From: Gaiellaceae bacterium
GTDB lineage: Bacteria > Actinomycetota > Thermoleophilia > Gaiellales > Gaiellaceae
DNA length: 64,000 bases
Direction of reading: 5' to 3'
Assembly (NCBI GenBank): GCA_045806005.1
Contig: JBJMKE010000013.1
Location: forward strand, 45,685 to 109,684
Shown here: one piece after another, positions 19,289 through 27,929 of the stretch
Layout of the letters: the number at the start of each line of letters is the position of its first letter
How positions within the stretch are numbered: position 1 is the first letter of the stretch
Translations under genes and position numbers: made by a program
The notes under the pieces: model-generated
What the model was told of the DNA's origin: nothing
Database searches by the model: none
Seen by the model: only the letters and a program-made list of their open reading frames with translations

Positions 19289-20716
19289 GTGGCGGCTGCC
19301 GGCGCGATCTGCGCGTTCGGGACCGCGGCGGCCTCGGCGCAGGGGCTGAAGACGTACTCGACCCCAGGGACGGCGCCGCTCACGACGGCGATCGCCGATC
19401 CAGGGCTCTTCAACGGCGGCCAGCGGGCGACCGCCTTCAGGATGACGCGCGCCGCCGGGGCGACCTACGCGCGGCTGGCCGTGCAGTGGCGGGTGATCGC
19501 GCCGGCGAGACGGCCCGACGGGTTCGTGGCGACGGATCCCACCTCGCCCGGGTACTCGTGGGGCGGCCTCGACGCCGCCGTCGCGGCGGCCGACGCCGCC
19601 GGGCTCACGGCGATCCTGGATATCGGGAGCGTCCCCAGGTGGGCGTACGCGAGGCGCCCGAAGCGTCCCAACGGCGGCACACCGAAGGTCGCAGCTCTCA
19701 GGGACTTCGCGACGGCCCTCGCCAGGCACTTCGACGGCGGCACGCCCGACGTGCCGGCCGAGCACGTCTTCCAGGTCTGGAACGAGCCGAACCTCAGCCT
19801 CAACCTCTATCCCGTCAAGGCGGGCAAGTACCGGGCGATGGTCAATGCCGTGGCCGACGCGGTGCACGCCGTCGATCCCGCGAACCTCGTCGTCGCCGGG
19901 GCGCTCGAGCCGGTCGGCCACAAGAAGACGAAGAAGGTGAAGTGGTACTCGACCGCGCCGCTCGCCTTCATGCGCTCGCTGCTCTGCCTCTCCGCGGGGA
20001 AGCACCCGCACTCGACCTGCCGCACGCCCGTGCGCTTCGACGTCTGGGCGCACCACCCGTACACGCACGGCGGCCCCTTCGCCAGGGCGAAGATCCGGGA
20101 CGACGTGGAGCTCGGCGACCTGACGAGGATGCGGTCGCTGCTGCAGGCGGGAGCCCGACTCCACCACCTCGTCTCGACCCAGCGCGTGCAGTTCTGGGTG
20201 ACCGAGTTCGGCTGGGACACCAACCCGCCGCGGCCGCGCGCCGCGTCGCTCGGCCTCGCCGCGCGCTGGACGGCCGAGTCGCTGTACCAGATGTGGCGCT
20301 CCGGAGTGACGCTCGTGACGTGGTTCCTGCTCCAGGACTACCCGAGCCCGAGCCCGTACCAGAGCGGCTTCTACTTCGGCTCCCAGCCGCTCGACCGGGC
20401 GGCGTCGAAGCCGGGGCTCACCGCCTTCCGCTTCCCGTTCGTCGCGTATCTGCACCGGCGCTACGTGAGCGTCTGGGGCCGGGACGCGACGAGCGACACG
20501 AGGGTCGTCACGATCCAGCTGCGGCACGGCAAGCGCGGCCCGTGGCACGACGTCGCGTCGGTCGCCTCCAACAAGAACGGGATCTTCCGGGCGAACGTGA
20601 GGCTGAAGGCGACGAGGCGGGACCGGCTGCGGGCCGTGGCCCCGGGCTCAGGCAAGTCGCTCGCCTTCTCGCTCACCGTCCCGCATGCGCCGAACATCGG
20701 GCCCTGGGGCGCGTGA
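19289..20716 (+). CDS. Secreted clan GH-A glycoside hydrolase, paralogue 3
   Basis: 475-aa ORF starting at a GTG. Motifs HVFQVWNEPN and WVTEFGWDTNPP are present. The C-terminal tail PNIGPWGA matches the PHIGPWGN tails of the other two paralogues. Confidence 0.75.
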   Translation: MAAAGAICAFGTAAASAQGLKTYSTPGTAPLTTAIADPGLFNGGQRATAFRMTRAAGATYARLAVQWRVIAPARRPDGFVATDPTSPGYSWGGLDAAVAAADAAGLTAILDIGSVPRWAYARRPKRPNGGTPKVAALRDFATALARHFDGGTPDVPAEHVFQVWNEPNLSLNLYPVKAGKYRAMVNAVADAVHAVDPANLVVAGALEPVGHKKTKKVKWYSTAPLAFMRSLLCLSAGKHPHSTCRTPVRFDVWAHHPYTHGGPFARAKIRDDVELGDLTRMRSLLQAGARLHHLVSTQRVQFWVTEFGWDTNPPRPRAASLGLAARWTAESLYQMWRSGVTLVTWFLLQDYPSPSPYQSGFYFGSQPLDRAASKPGLTAFRFPFVAYLHRRYVSVWGRDATSDTRVVTIQLRHGKRGPWHDVASVASNKNGIFRANVRLKATRRDRLRAVAPGSGKSLAFSLTVPHAPNIGPWGA

Positions 20717-20737
20717 GCGAGCGCTAGCGTTGCGGCC

Positions 20738-21835
20738 GTGATCGTGGCCGTCGTCCTGTTCTGGGGCTCGCTTGCCGCGCTCGCCTGGACGCACGCGGTC
20801 TACCCGGCAGCCGTCGGGCTTCTCTCGAGGGTCCGCCCGCGCCCTGTCGCCGCGGACCCCGACTATCTCCCGTCGGTCGCGGTCGTCGTGACCGCCTACA
20901 ACGAGGAAGCCTCGATCGAGCGGCGGCTCGCCAACCTGCGCGAGCTCGACTATCCGCCGGAGCTGCTCGAGCTCGTCGTCACCTCCGACGCGTCCACCGA
21001 CCGGACCGAGGAGCTGGCCGCGGCGGCCGGGGCCCGCGTGATCCGGAACCCGCGCGGGGGCAAGGTCGCCGCCCAGGACGCGGCCGTGCGCGCGACCGAG
21101 TCCGAGGTCGTCGCCTTCACGGACGCGAACTCGACTTGGGATCCCCAGGCGCTGCGCCGGCTCGTGCGCAACCTGGCCGATCCGGACGTGGCCTATGTGT
21201 GCGGCCGCCTGCGCCTCGAGGCGCCCGACGGCTCGAACCGGGAGGGCGTCTACTGGCGGTACGAGCTCGCCACGCGCGAGAGCGAGTCGCGGCTCGGCTC
21301 GATCACAGCCGGCAACGGGGCGATCTACGCGCTCCTTCGCGCCGACTACGCCGAGGTCGATCCGCGTTTCGGGCACGACCTCGCGCTCCCGTACCTGCTG
21401 GTGCAGCGAGGCCGGCGCGCGGTGTACGAGCCCGCGGCCCTCGCCTCGGAGCGGCCCACGCCGACGAACGAGTCGGAGTACCGGCGCAAGGTGCGCATGT
21501 TCGAGCACGCCTGGCTGATCGTGCTCCGCGGGCGGATGCTGCGCGGCCAGCCGCCCGGCTACCTCGCCGCGCTCGTCTCGCATCGCCACCTGCGCTACGC
21601 GAGCGGGCTGCTCCACCTCGTCCTCCTCGGGAGCTCGCTCGCGCTGCTCGGCCACGGCACGGTCTATGCCGTCTTGCTCGCGATCCAGCTGGGCGGGCTC
21701 GTCGCGGCGCTCGTCGGCGTGGGGATCCCGCGCTACTACGTCCTCATCTCCTGGGCGACCGTGGTCGCGCTCTGGAACTACCTCCGCCGCGGTGTCCCCG
21801 CGACCTGGGCGCCGCAGCGGGAGGAGCTCGCGTGA
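20738..21835 (+). CDS. GT2 family glycosyltransferase with membrane-spanning segments
   Basis: 365 aa. Motifs are VAVVVTAYNEE, TSDASTD and AFTDAN. The N- and C-terminal parts contain hydrophobic helices. Confidence 0.85.
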   Translation: MIVAVVLFWGSLAALAWTHAVYPAAVGLLSRVRPRPVAADPDYLPSVAVVVTAYNEEASIERRLANLRELDYPPELLELVVTSDASTDRTEELAAAAGARVIRNPRGGKVAAQDAAVRATESEVVAFTDANSTWDPQALRRLVRNLADPDVAYVCGRLRLEAPDGSNREGVYWRYELATRESESRLGSITAGNGAIYALLRADYAEVDPRFGHDLALPYLLVQRGRRAVYEPAALASERPTPTNESEYRRKVRMFEHAWLIVLRGRMLRGQPPGYLAALVSHRHLRYASGLLHLVLLGSSLALLGHGTVYAVLLAIQLGGLVAALVGVGIPRYYVLISWATVVALWNYLRRGVPATWAPQREELA

Positions 21836-22416
21836 ACCGCGCCGCGGACGTCGCGCTGGCCGGCGGCACCCTGCTCCTCGCGTCCCCGCTGCTCGCGCTC
21901 GCCGCGCTCGCGATCAAGCTCGAGGACGGCGGGCCCGTCCTCTACCGGCAGACGCGCGTCGGGAAGGACGGGGTCGACTTCGAGCTGCTCAAGCTGCGGA
22001 CGATGGTCGTCGGCGCCGAGACCATGGGCGCCGGTCTCTCCGTGAACCGGGGCGATTCGCGCATCACGCGCAGCGGGAGGCTGCTGCGGAAGCTCTCGCT
22101 CGACGAGCTCCCCCAGCTCTGGAACGTCGTCCGCGGCGAGATGAGCTGCATCGGCCCCCGCCCGACGCTCCGCTACCAGGTCGAGCAGTACGACGACCGG
22201 CAGCGGCACCGGCTCGACGTGAAGCCCGGCATCACCGGCTGGGCGCAGATCAACGGCCGGGCCTCGCTGCCCTGGGCGGACCGGATCGAGCTCGACGTCT
22301 GGTACGTGGAGCACCGCTCGCCGAGCCTCGACCTGCAGATCCTCGCGCGCACGCCCCTCGCCCTCTTCCGCGGCACGTACAAGGGGGAGACGGGCGGCTG
22401 GCGTGAGGCCCCTTGA
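21832..22416 (+). CDS. Small monotopic phosphoglycosyl transferase (bacterial sugar transferase, WbaP C-domain/EpsL-like)
   Basis: The GTG at 21832 is in a GTGA overlap with the upstream stop. The motif DELPQLWNVVRGEMSCIGPRP and KPGITGWAQ are present. 194 aa. Confidence 0.9.
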   Translation: MNRAADVALAGGTLLLASPLLALAALAIKLEDGGPVLYRQTRVGKDGVDFELLKLRTMVVGAETMGAGLSVNRGDSRITRSGRLLRKLSLDELPQLWNVVRGEMSCIGPRPTLRYQVEQYDDRQRHRLDVKPGITGWAQINGRASLPWADRIELDVWYVEHRSPSLDLQILARTPLALFRGTYKGETGGWREAP

Positions 22417-23512
22417 GGGTCGCGGGCTACCCTTCCGCCACGTGGCGCCCCTGAACATCCTTGTCACGGGCGCGTGCGGCGTCACGCCGAGAGCGATCGC
22501 CCGCTCGCTCTCCGCGAGCTCCCTCTTCGCGGACGCGAGGCTCGTCGGCGCCGACCGCGGCGGCAACTGGTACGGCTTCTACGAGGGGCTCTACGAGCGC
22601 GTCTACCGGGTCTTCGAGCCGCGCGAGCCGGGCTACGCCGACCTCCTCGCGGACATCTGCGAGCGAGAGGGCATCGACGTCGCCGTCGTCGGGCCGGAGG
22701 CCGAGGTCTCGTTCTGGAGCGGCCGGGAGTTCCCGGTGCCGGCGCTGCTGCCTCCGCCGGAGTTCTCCCGGATCGCGATCAGCAAGGGAAAGCTCTACGA
22801 CGCGCTGCAGCAGGCCGGGCTGGTGCCGCAGCACCGGATCGCGCAGCGGGACGACCTCCTCGCCCGGCGCGGGCTCGACCTCGACGCCGGCCCGGTCTGG
22901 CTCCGCGACTACTCCGAGGCGTCCTCGAGCGGGATCGGCTCGATCCAGGTGAGCGAGCCGGAGGAGGCGTACGCATGGGCCTACCTCAACCCGGGGATCC
23001 CGAGCTACATGGTCGCCGAGCACCTGCCGGGGCGGAACATCGCGTGCACGCTCCTCTTCCGCGAGGACGAGCTGCTCAAGGCGGGCTGCTACGAGCGGCT
23101 GGAGTACTTCATGGGGCACCTGGCGGTCTCGGGCGTGACCGGCAACATCAACCGTGGGCGGCTCGTGAACGACGAGCGAGCGCGGACGCTCGCCGAGCAG
23201 GCGGTGCGCTTCGTCTGCGGCCTCACCGGCGAGCGCGCGCACGGGCTGCTCACGGTCGACCTCCGCGAGGACCGCACGGGCGCGCTCAAGATCACGGAGA
23301 TCAACGTGCGCCACGTCGCTGCCACCTCGGCGCTGGCCGCAGGAGGTGCGAACATGGCGGAGGCACAGGTCCTCGCCACGCTCGGCCGCCTGGACGAGAT
23401 CGGCGAGACCGTGCCCCGCTTCCCCGACGACAATGTCATCCTCCGCGACATCGACGGCATGCCGATCTGGCTGACCGATTACCGCGAGCTTGCGGTCGGT
23501 GAGCACGCATGA
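22403..23512 (+). CDS. ATP-grasp domain protein
   Basis: 369-aa ORF with a pre-ATP-grasp N-terminus NILVTGACG. The central region PVWLRDYSEASSSGIGS...YMVAEHLPGRN and the segment LKITEINVRH fit an ATP-grasp fold. The substrate is unknown. Confidence 0.65.
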   Translation: MRPLEGRGLPFRHVAPLNILVTGACGVTPRAIARSLSASSLFADARLVGADRGGNWYGFYEGLYERVYRVFEPREPGYADLLADICEREGIDVAVVGPEAEVSFWSGREFPVPALLPPPEFSRIAISKGKLYDALQQAGLVPQHRIAQRDDLLARRGLDLDAGPVWLRDYSEASSSGIGSIQVSEPEEAYAWAYLNPGIPSYMVAEHLPGRNIACTLLFREDELLKAGCYERLEYFMGHLAVSGVTGNINRGRLVNDERARTLAEQAVRFVCGLTGERAHGLLTVDLREDRTGALKITEINVRHVAATSALAAGGANMAEAQVLATLGRLDEIGETVPRFPDDNVILRDIDGMPIWLTDYRELAVGEHA

Positions 23513-24951
23513 TCGCGCGCGTTCTCCTCGTCGCGGCCGTCCTCGCGCTCCTGGCCGGCTGTGGCGGCAGCGGGCACCGGGCGGCGTTGACGACCGCCCC
23601 GATCAAGCCGAAGCCGAAGCCCAAGCCGGTCCCGCACCGCGCGCACCGGCCCTCGTCTCATGCCGGGCAGATCCGGGTCACGGTGCTCGACGGCGACCGA
23701 CGCGTGCGGGTGTCGAACGCGATCGTGAACGTCCGGGGGCAGCGGAGCAGGACGAACCGGCACGGCTTCACGTTCATGGACGCGCCGCGGCGGCGGCTCG
23801 CCGTCTCGGTCGCGGCGCGCGGCTACACGCCAGCCCGCTTCCGGGTCAACTTCCGGGCCCGGCCGTGGCAAACCCTGCGTATCTACCGGCCTGACCTGCA
23901 GTGGCCGTTCTACGGCGCCACGGAGGCTCGCACGCAGGCGCAGCCGAACCTGCGTCTGCGGCCGCCGTTCCGGCTCATCTGGAGCCGGGGCCTCGGCCAC
24001 CTGATCGAGTTCCCCGCCGTCGTCTGGAACGGCTTCGCGTACATCGGCAACCAGGCCTCGACCGTCCAGGCGCTCTCGATGCGCTCGGGCAAGCTCGCAT
24101 GGCGGCACAACACGCCCGGTGGGCCGCGCATGGCCTCCTCAGCCGCCGTCGACGACAGGTGGGTCGTCTACCACTCGATGAACGGCCGCGCGTACGTCCT
24201 CAACCGCTTGAACGGCCGTCTCGTGTGGAGCTGGAACGCGGGCTCGGCGATCGAGTCGTCCCCCCTGATCGCGAACGGGATCGACTACTTCGGCACCGCC
24301 GGCGGCCGGATGTATGCCCTCGACCTGCGCCGGCACCGGCTGCGCTGGAGCCGGTCGCTCGGCTCGAAGATCACCTCGAGCGCGGCGATGGCCGGCGGGA
24401 GGCTGTTCATCGGCGACTACGCCGGACGGCTGTGGGCGCTGTCGCCCACGACCGGGGCGACCCGCTGGGTGGGGCAGGTCAACGGAAAGATCTACGGGAC
24501 GCCGGCAGCTTCTCACGGCCGCATCTTCGTTCCGTCCTCGACCGGCAACTCGCTGACCGCCTTCACCACCAGCGGCCGCTACCTGTGGCGCGTCACGGCG
24601 GGCTACTACGTCTACTCCTCCCCGGCGGTGGCCGACGGCGTCGTCTGCTTCGGCTCGTACGACGGCTGGTTCTACGGCGTCTCGGCTGCGACGGGTCGCG
24701 TCCTGTGGCGTATCTCCACCGGCGGGGCGATCTCGGGAGCCGCCGTGATCGTGGACGGCGTCGCGTACGCCGGCAGCTTCTCGCACCGCATCGTCGGCAT
24801 CGCCGTTCGCAGCGGGCGCCGGGTGTTGACGTTCCCGCACGGCGACTACGTCCCGGTCTCGGGCAACGGGATGCGGCTGCTGCTGCACGGCTTCTCGCGC
24901 CTCTACGCGGTGGAGCCGAAGCGCCCGCATGCGCGTCAGCTGGCTCACTGA
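23509..24951 (+). CDS. Lipoprotein with PQQ-like/BamB-like beta-propeller repeats
   Basis: The ATG overlaps the upstream stop (ATGA). The lipobox is LLAGC, followed by a KPKPKPKP linker. A beta-sandwich-like segment (IRVTVLDGD...VSVAARGY) comes next. Repeated blocks of the type G.lyALd...G...W follow. Confidence 0.7.
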   Translation: MIARVLLVAAVLALLAGCGGSGHRAALTTAPIKPKPKPKPVPHRAHRPSSHAGQIRVTVLDGDRRVRVSNAIVNVRGQRSRTNRHGFTFMDAPRRRLAVSVAARGYTPARFRVNFRARPWQTLRIYRPDLQWPFYGATEARTQAQPNLRLRPPFRLIWSRGLGHLIEFPAVVWNGFAYIGNQASTVQALSMRSGKLAWRHNTPGGPRMASSAAVDDRWVVYHSMNGRAYVLNRLNGRLVWSWNAGSAIESSPLIANGIDYFGTAGGRMYALDLRRHRLRWSRSLGSKITSSAAMAGGRLFIGDYAGRLWALSPTTGATRWVGQVNGKIYGTPAASHGRIFVPSSTGNSLTAFTTSGRYLWRVTAGYYVYSSPAVADGVVCFGSYDGWFYGVSAATGRVLWRISTGGAISGAAVIVDGVAYAGSFSHRIVGIAVRSGRRVLTFPHGDYVPVSGNGMRLLLHGFSRLYAVEPKRPHARQLAH

Positions 24952-25000
24952 CAGCGGTTCTTAAGAGCGTCTTCATGCGGGTCGGCTATCGTCGCGGCTC

Positions 25001-25843
25001 GTGACTGCGCCTGCTCCCCCTTCGCGCGGCTTCGATCCGGAGGCCGAGCAGGAGGTCGACTTCGCGAAGTACGTCCGGCTGCTCGGCGCCCGCTGGTGGC
25101 TGCTCGTGGCCGGGCTCGTCGTGGGCGCGGTGATCGGCTACCTCATCTCGCTCGGCGGCACGCAGGTCTACCAGGCGACGGCGACGCTGTACCTCGGCCA
25201 GCCGACCTCCGCGAGCGGGAACAGCCAGCTCCAGACACTGCAGACGAACCCGCCGGCGGTCGCGACGATCGTGCACGCCCAGCAGGTCAACCAGGCGGTG
25301 GCCGGCAAGTGCAAGGCGAGCGTGTCGGACTTTCGCAAGGGAATCTCGACGCAGGCGGTCGCGGGCTCCATCGCGAAGAACGGCCAGAGCCCACTCGTCA
25401 AGCTCACCGTCCAGGCCAAGAAGCGGAAGATCGCCGAGTGCGCTGCGAACCACCTCGCCAATGTCGCGGCGACGAAGCTCGGCACCTACGCGGCGGGCAA
25501 GATCGGCACCCTGAGCAACGAGATCGCAACCGACGACCAGTACATCAAGACCCTGCAGACCGCGATCGCGAGCCCGACCGTGTCGACCACCGACAAGCTG
25601 ATCCTGCAGACGCAGCTGCGCTCGTACCAGCAGGACAAGAACTCATCGACCCTGTTCCTGCAGCAGGCCAAGCAGGTCGAGGCGCCGCGCGTCGTTGTCG
25701 GCGCCGCGGCGGAGAAGATCACGGCGCGCAGCCGCCGCAACACGGTCGTCATCGCGGCGCTGATCGGCCTGATCATCGGCGCGCTCGCGGCGCTCCTGTG
25801 GGAACCCGTCGCCGCGCGGGTCGCGCCGCGGAACGGCGACTGA
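25001..25843 (+). CDS. Wzz-like polysaccharide co-polymerase (chain-length determinant), no kinase domain
   Basis: 280 aa. Two terminal TM helices (WWLLVAGLVVGAVIGYLISL and VVIAALIGLIIGALAALLW) flank a Q/T/A-rich, probably helical, segment. Confidence 0.65.
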   Translation: MTAPAPPSRGFDPEAEQEVDFAKYVRLLGARWWLLVAGLVVGAVIGYLISLGGTQVYQATATLYLGQPTSASGNSQLQTLQTNPPAVATIVHAQQVNQAVAGKCKASVSDFRKGISTQAVAGSIAKNGQSPLVKLTVQAKKRKIAECAANHLANVAATKLGTYAAGKIGTLSNEIATDDQYIKTLQTAIASPTVSTTDKLILQTQLRSYQQDKNSSTLFLQQAKQVEAPRVVVGAAAEKITARSRRNTVVIAALIGLIIGALAALLWEPVAARVAPRNGD

Positions 25844-25857
25844 CTTAGGCTCTCTGC

Positions 25858-26799
25858 GTGTTCGAGGGGAAGCGCGTCGGGGTCGTCGTGCCGGCGTTCG
25901 ACGAGGAGGCGCTGATCGCCGCGACGCTGGGCGGCATCCCGGCGCTCGTCGACCGGATCATCGTCGTGGACGACGGATCCTCGGACCGCACCGCGGAGTG
26001 CGCGCGCGAGACCGGTGACCCGCGGGTCGAGGTCGTCTCGCACGAGCGTCGGAGCGGCGTCGGCGCCGCCACCATCACGGGCTACCGCCGGGCGCTCGCG
26101 GATGGGGTGGACCTCGTCGTGGTCATGAACGGCGACAACCAGATGGATCCCGAGGACCTGCCGACGCTCGTCGCGCCGGTCGCGCGCGGCGAGCTCGACT
26201 ACTCGAAAGCGAACCGCCTCTCCACCGGCCAGGCGTGGCAGCTGATCCCGAAGACTCGCTTTTTCGGCAACGCCATCCTCTCGCTGCTGACGAAGATCGC
26301 GTCCGGCTACTGGCACGTCGCCGACTCGCAGTCCGGCTACACGGTCATCTCCCGGGCGATGCTCGAGCAGCTCGACCTCGACCGCGTCTACACGCAGTAC
26401 GGCTTCCCGAACGACATGCTCGTCCACCTCAACGTCTGGAACGCCCGCGTGCGCGACTTCCCGTCGCGTCCCATCTACGGCGTCGGCGAGCGCTCGGCGA
26501 TGCGCTACCGCCACGTGGTGCCGCGGATCTCCTGGCTCCTGCTGAAGGGCTTCTTCTGGCGGCTGTGGGAGAAGTACGTCAAGCGCGACTTCCACCCGCT
26601 CGTCTTCTTCTACGTGATGGGTTTCATTGCGACGGTCACCGGCATCGGGCTCGGGCTCGTCGTCGTCGCCTTCCGGATCGCGGGCGACTCGATCCCGGTA
26701 GCGACGGTCGTCCTCGTCGCGCTCCTCGTCATCTCAGGCCTCCAGTTCACCCTTTTCGCCATGTGGTTCGACATGGAGTCGAATAAAGACTTGCGCTGA
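25858..26799 (+). CDS. GT2 polyprenyl-phosphate glycosyltransferase (DPM1/GtrB-like)
   Basis: 313 aa. Motifs are VVVPAFDEE, VVDDGSSD and MNGDNQMDP. Two C-terminal TM helices are present, as in GtrB/Ppm-type enzymes. Confidence 0.8.
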   Translation: MFEGKRVGVVVPAFDEEALIAATLGGIPALVDRIIVVDDGSSDRTAECARETGDPRVEVVSHERRSGVGAATITGYRRALADGVDLVVVMNGDNQMDPEDLPTLVAPVARGELDYSKANRLSTGQAWQLIPKTRFFGNAILSLLTKIASGYWHVADSQSGYTVISRAMLEQLDLDRVYTQYGFPNDMLVHLNVWNARVRDFPSRPIYGVGERSAMRYRHVVPRISWLLLKGFFWRLWEKYVKRDFHPLVFFYVMGFIATVTGIGLGLVVVAFRIAGDSIPVATVVLVALLVISGLQFTLFAMWFDMESNKDLR

Positions 26800-26805
26800 G
26801 CCGGA

Positions 26806-26960
26806 GACACGTCCCGAAGCGACATGTCCCGGTGCCAGGCACCAGGCCATGTCCCTAAGAGACATCACGCGGCGCAAGCGCGCTCTGTCGCTCGCGGCAC
26901 ATCCTTTCCAGACATGTCTCGGTGCCTGACACCGGGACGTGGCTGCACGGGACCGGTGTC
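26806..26960. repeat. Array of a decamer motif GMCAYGTCCC (4 forward copies, 1-2 inverted) in the only sizeable gap of the operon, upstream of uxs
   Basis: Forward copies: GACACGTCCC at 26806, GACATGTCCC at 26821, GCCATGTCCC at 26846 and GACATGTCTC at 26911. An inverted GCCACGTCCC lies at 26934-26943. A gapped inverted copy lies at 26949-26960. Two 26-nt units at 26821 and 26911 are 22/26 identical and start exactly 90 nt apart. Confidence 0.6.
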
Positions 26961-26980
26961 GGCGCCGCTAGCATCGGGCC

Positions 26981-27919
26981 GTGCCGACCGCTCTCGTGAC
27001 AGGCGGAGCCGGGTTCCTCGGCTCGCATCTCTGCGACTACCTGCTCGAGCGCGGGCACCGTGTGATCTGCGTCGACAACCTCGTCAGCGGCTCGCTCGCC
27101 AACATCGAGCACATCGGCGACGACGCATTCCGGTTCGTCCCCCAGGACGTCGCGGAGCCGATCCACATCGAGGAGCCGATCGACTTCGTGTACCACTTCG
27201 CCGCCCTCGCGAGCCCCGAGGACTACCTGCGCATGCCGCTTCAGTCGCTCAAGGTCGGCTCGAACGGAACCCACAACGCCCTCGGCCTCGCGAAGTTCAA
27301 GCGTGCCCGCTTCCTCCTCGCCTCGACGAGCGAGGTCTACGGCGACCCCCAGGTGCACCCGCAGCCCGAGACCTACTGGGGCCACGTGAACCCGATCGGG
27401 CCGCGCGGCGTGTACGACGAGGCGAAGCGGTACGCCGAGGCGCTCACGATCGCCTACCACGGCGCTCAGGGCGTCGACACCGGGATCGTCCGGATCTTCA
27501 ACACGTATGGCCCGCGGATGCGGCCGAACGACGGCCGCGCCATCTCGAACTTCGTGCGGCAGGCGCTCGCACAGGAGCCGCTCACCGTGTTCGGCGACGG
27601 CTCGCAGACCCGGAGCTTCTGCTACGTCGACGACCTGATTCGGGGGATCGTCCTCCTCGCCGAGAGCGGAGAGCACCTGCCCGTCAACCTCGGCAACCCC
27701 GACGAGCGGACGCTGCTCGAGCTCGCCGAGATCGTGAAGCGGATCACCGGCGCGTCGAGCGAGATCGTCTTCGAGGCGCTCCGGGTCGACGACCCGATGC
27801 AGCGCAAGCCCGACATCACGCGCGCTCAGCAGCTGCTCGGCTGGGAGCCCGAGGTCTCGCTCGAGGAAGGGCTTTCGCGCCTCCTCCGCTCGTTCGGTCA
27901 CGAGCCCGTCGCCGCCTAG
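26981..27919 (+). CDS. uxs: UDP-glucuronate decarboxylase (UDP-xylose synthase)
   Basis: 312 aa. Motifs are [21 protein letters not shown] and YDEAKRYAE (YxxxK). The sequence reads as Uxs/UXS1-like throughout. Confidence 0.9.
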   Translation: MPTALVTGGAGFLGSHLCDYLLERGHRVICVDNLVSGSLANIEHIGDDAFRFVPQDVAEPIHIEEPIDFVYHFAALASPEDYLRMPLQSLKVGSNGTHNALGLAKFKRARFLLASTSEVYGDPQVHPQPETYWGHVNPIGPRGVYDEAKRYAEALTIAYHGAQGVDTGIVRIFNTYGPRMRPNDGRAISNFVRQALAQEPLTVFGDGSQTRSFCYVDDLIRGIVLLAESGEHLPVNLGNPDERTLLELAEIVKRITGASSEIVFEALRVDDPMQRKPDITRAQQLLGWEPEVSLEEGLSRLLRSFGHEPVAA

Positions 27920-27929
27920 CCAGTCTCCC

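Noticed and set aside
23604-23630. Short nucleotide repeat AAGCCG x4 (KPKPKPKP).
   Set aside because: It is an in-frame lipoprotein linker just after the lipobox. It is not an independent repeat element.
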